Positions 31,614-32,000 of a DNA stretch of 32,000 nt are shown here, piece after piece. The position numbers were made by a program, and so were the translations under genes. Numbering within the stretch: the stretch's first letter is position 1; each line of letters starts with the position of its first letter. The stretch is from contig CP065016.1 of assembly GCA_016700375.1 (NCBI GenBank), positions 840,001-872,000 of the forward strand, given 5' to 3'. The notes under the pieces are model-generated. The model saw nothing but the letters and a program-made list of their open reading frames with translations, was not told where the DNA came from and did no database searches. The DNA is from Candidatus Saccharimonadota bacterium (lineage in GTDB: Bacteria > Patescibacteriota > Saccharimonadia > Saccharimonadales > UBA4665).

Positions 31614-32000
31614 ATGACGCCATTTATTTTCGGACTAGTTTGCGCATTGCTTGCAATTGTACTTGCTTCTTTGTACCGCGTATTTAGTCATGTGAGTCAA
31701 AAGGAGCTAAAGCGCAGGGCGCGTGGCGGTGATGAAGTTGCCGCCGTACTATACCGTTCTTCTTCCTATGGCTTGAGTGCGAAACTCGTGCTGGGGGGTT
31801 TGTTCACGCTGTTTGCCTACGGAGCATTTGTGTTCATGGTGCAGGCGCTCGATGCATGGTTGGCGCTACCTATGCTTGTAATTATTGCCATGCTTGGGCT
31901 AATTTTTGTCGAAACGAAGGGTGGAGCCAATCGAGTTTCCATTTGGTTAGCGCGCAGTGTCTCGCCTGCTTTGTCTTGGGTGCTTGAGCGCCTTCACCCT
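31614..32000 (+). CDS. Membrane protein, DUF21/CNNM (hemolysin/CorC-like) N-terminal domain; runs off the right edge
   Basis: Own translation: MTPFIFGLVCALLAIVLASLYRVFSHVSQKELKRRARGGDEVAAVLYRSSSYGLSAKLVLGGLFTLFAYGAF..., open to the window end. TATAAT at 31598-31603. Confidence 0.5.
   Translation, partial: MTPFIFGLVCALLAIVLASLYRVFSHVSQKELKRRARGGDEVAAVLYRSSSYGLSAKLVLGGLFTLFAYGAFVFMVQALDAWLALPMLVIIAMLGLIFVETKGGANRVSIWLARSVSPALSWVLERLHP

Overview
This window looks like a compact, gene-dense stretch of a small-genome bacterium. It is possibly a Saccharibacteria/CPR-like monoderm, but that placement is inferred from gene content only and no search was run. Most of it is a cell-envelope glycan locus: five GT1/GT4-type glycosyltransferases, a GT2+GT4 fusion, a Wzm/Wzt-type ABC exporter, a coiled-coil methyltransferase, galE, a mannose-1-P guanylyltransferase, a PMM-like HAD phosphatase, glmS, a polyprenyl-phosphate sugar transferase, a Wzy_C/O-antigen-ligase-like protein and GtrA. 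A SAM-cycle block sits inside it (adenosine-kinase-like PfkB, ahcY, metK behind a SAM-I riboswitch). The right third is more accessory: a divergent pair of a LexA-N-domain-only regulator and a membrane protein, a cobalamin-riboswitch-like leader in front of an unrecognisable 515-aa zinc-ribbon protein, an untracked 54-aa zinc-ribbon ORF coupled to nadD, a small orphan transcription unit, a DsbA-like protein, a decayed IS1595-family element and a partial DUF21/CNNM-like gene. Other notable points: a secreted protein with a 441-bp tandem repeat whose 366-bp core is identical between the two copies, a repeat-protein gene with an in-frame TAG, a 23-bp perfect inverted repeat spanning the metK/sugar-transferase spacer, a (GGGCAAA)4 repeat in codons 3-13 of the ligase-like gene, and -10 boxes 6-10 nt from start codons (probable leaderless mRNAs). 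I saw no rRNA, complete tRNA or CRISPR array. All product calls rest on motif recognition by eye, so they remain unconfirmed.
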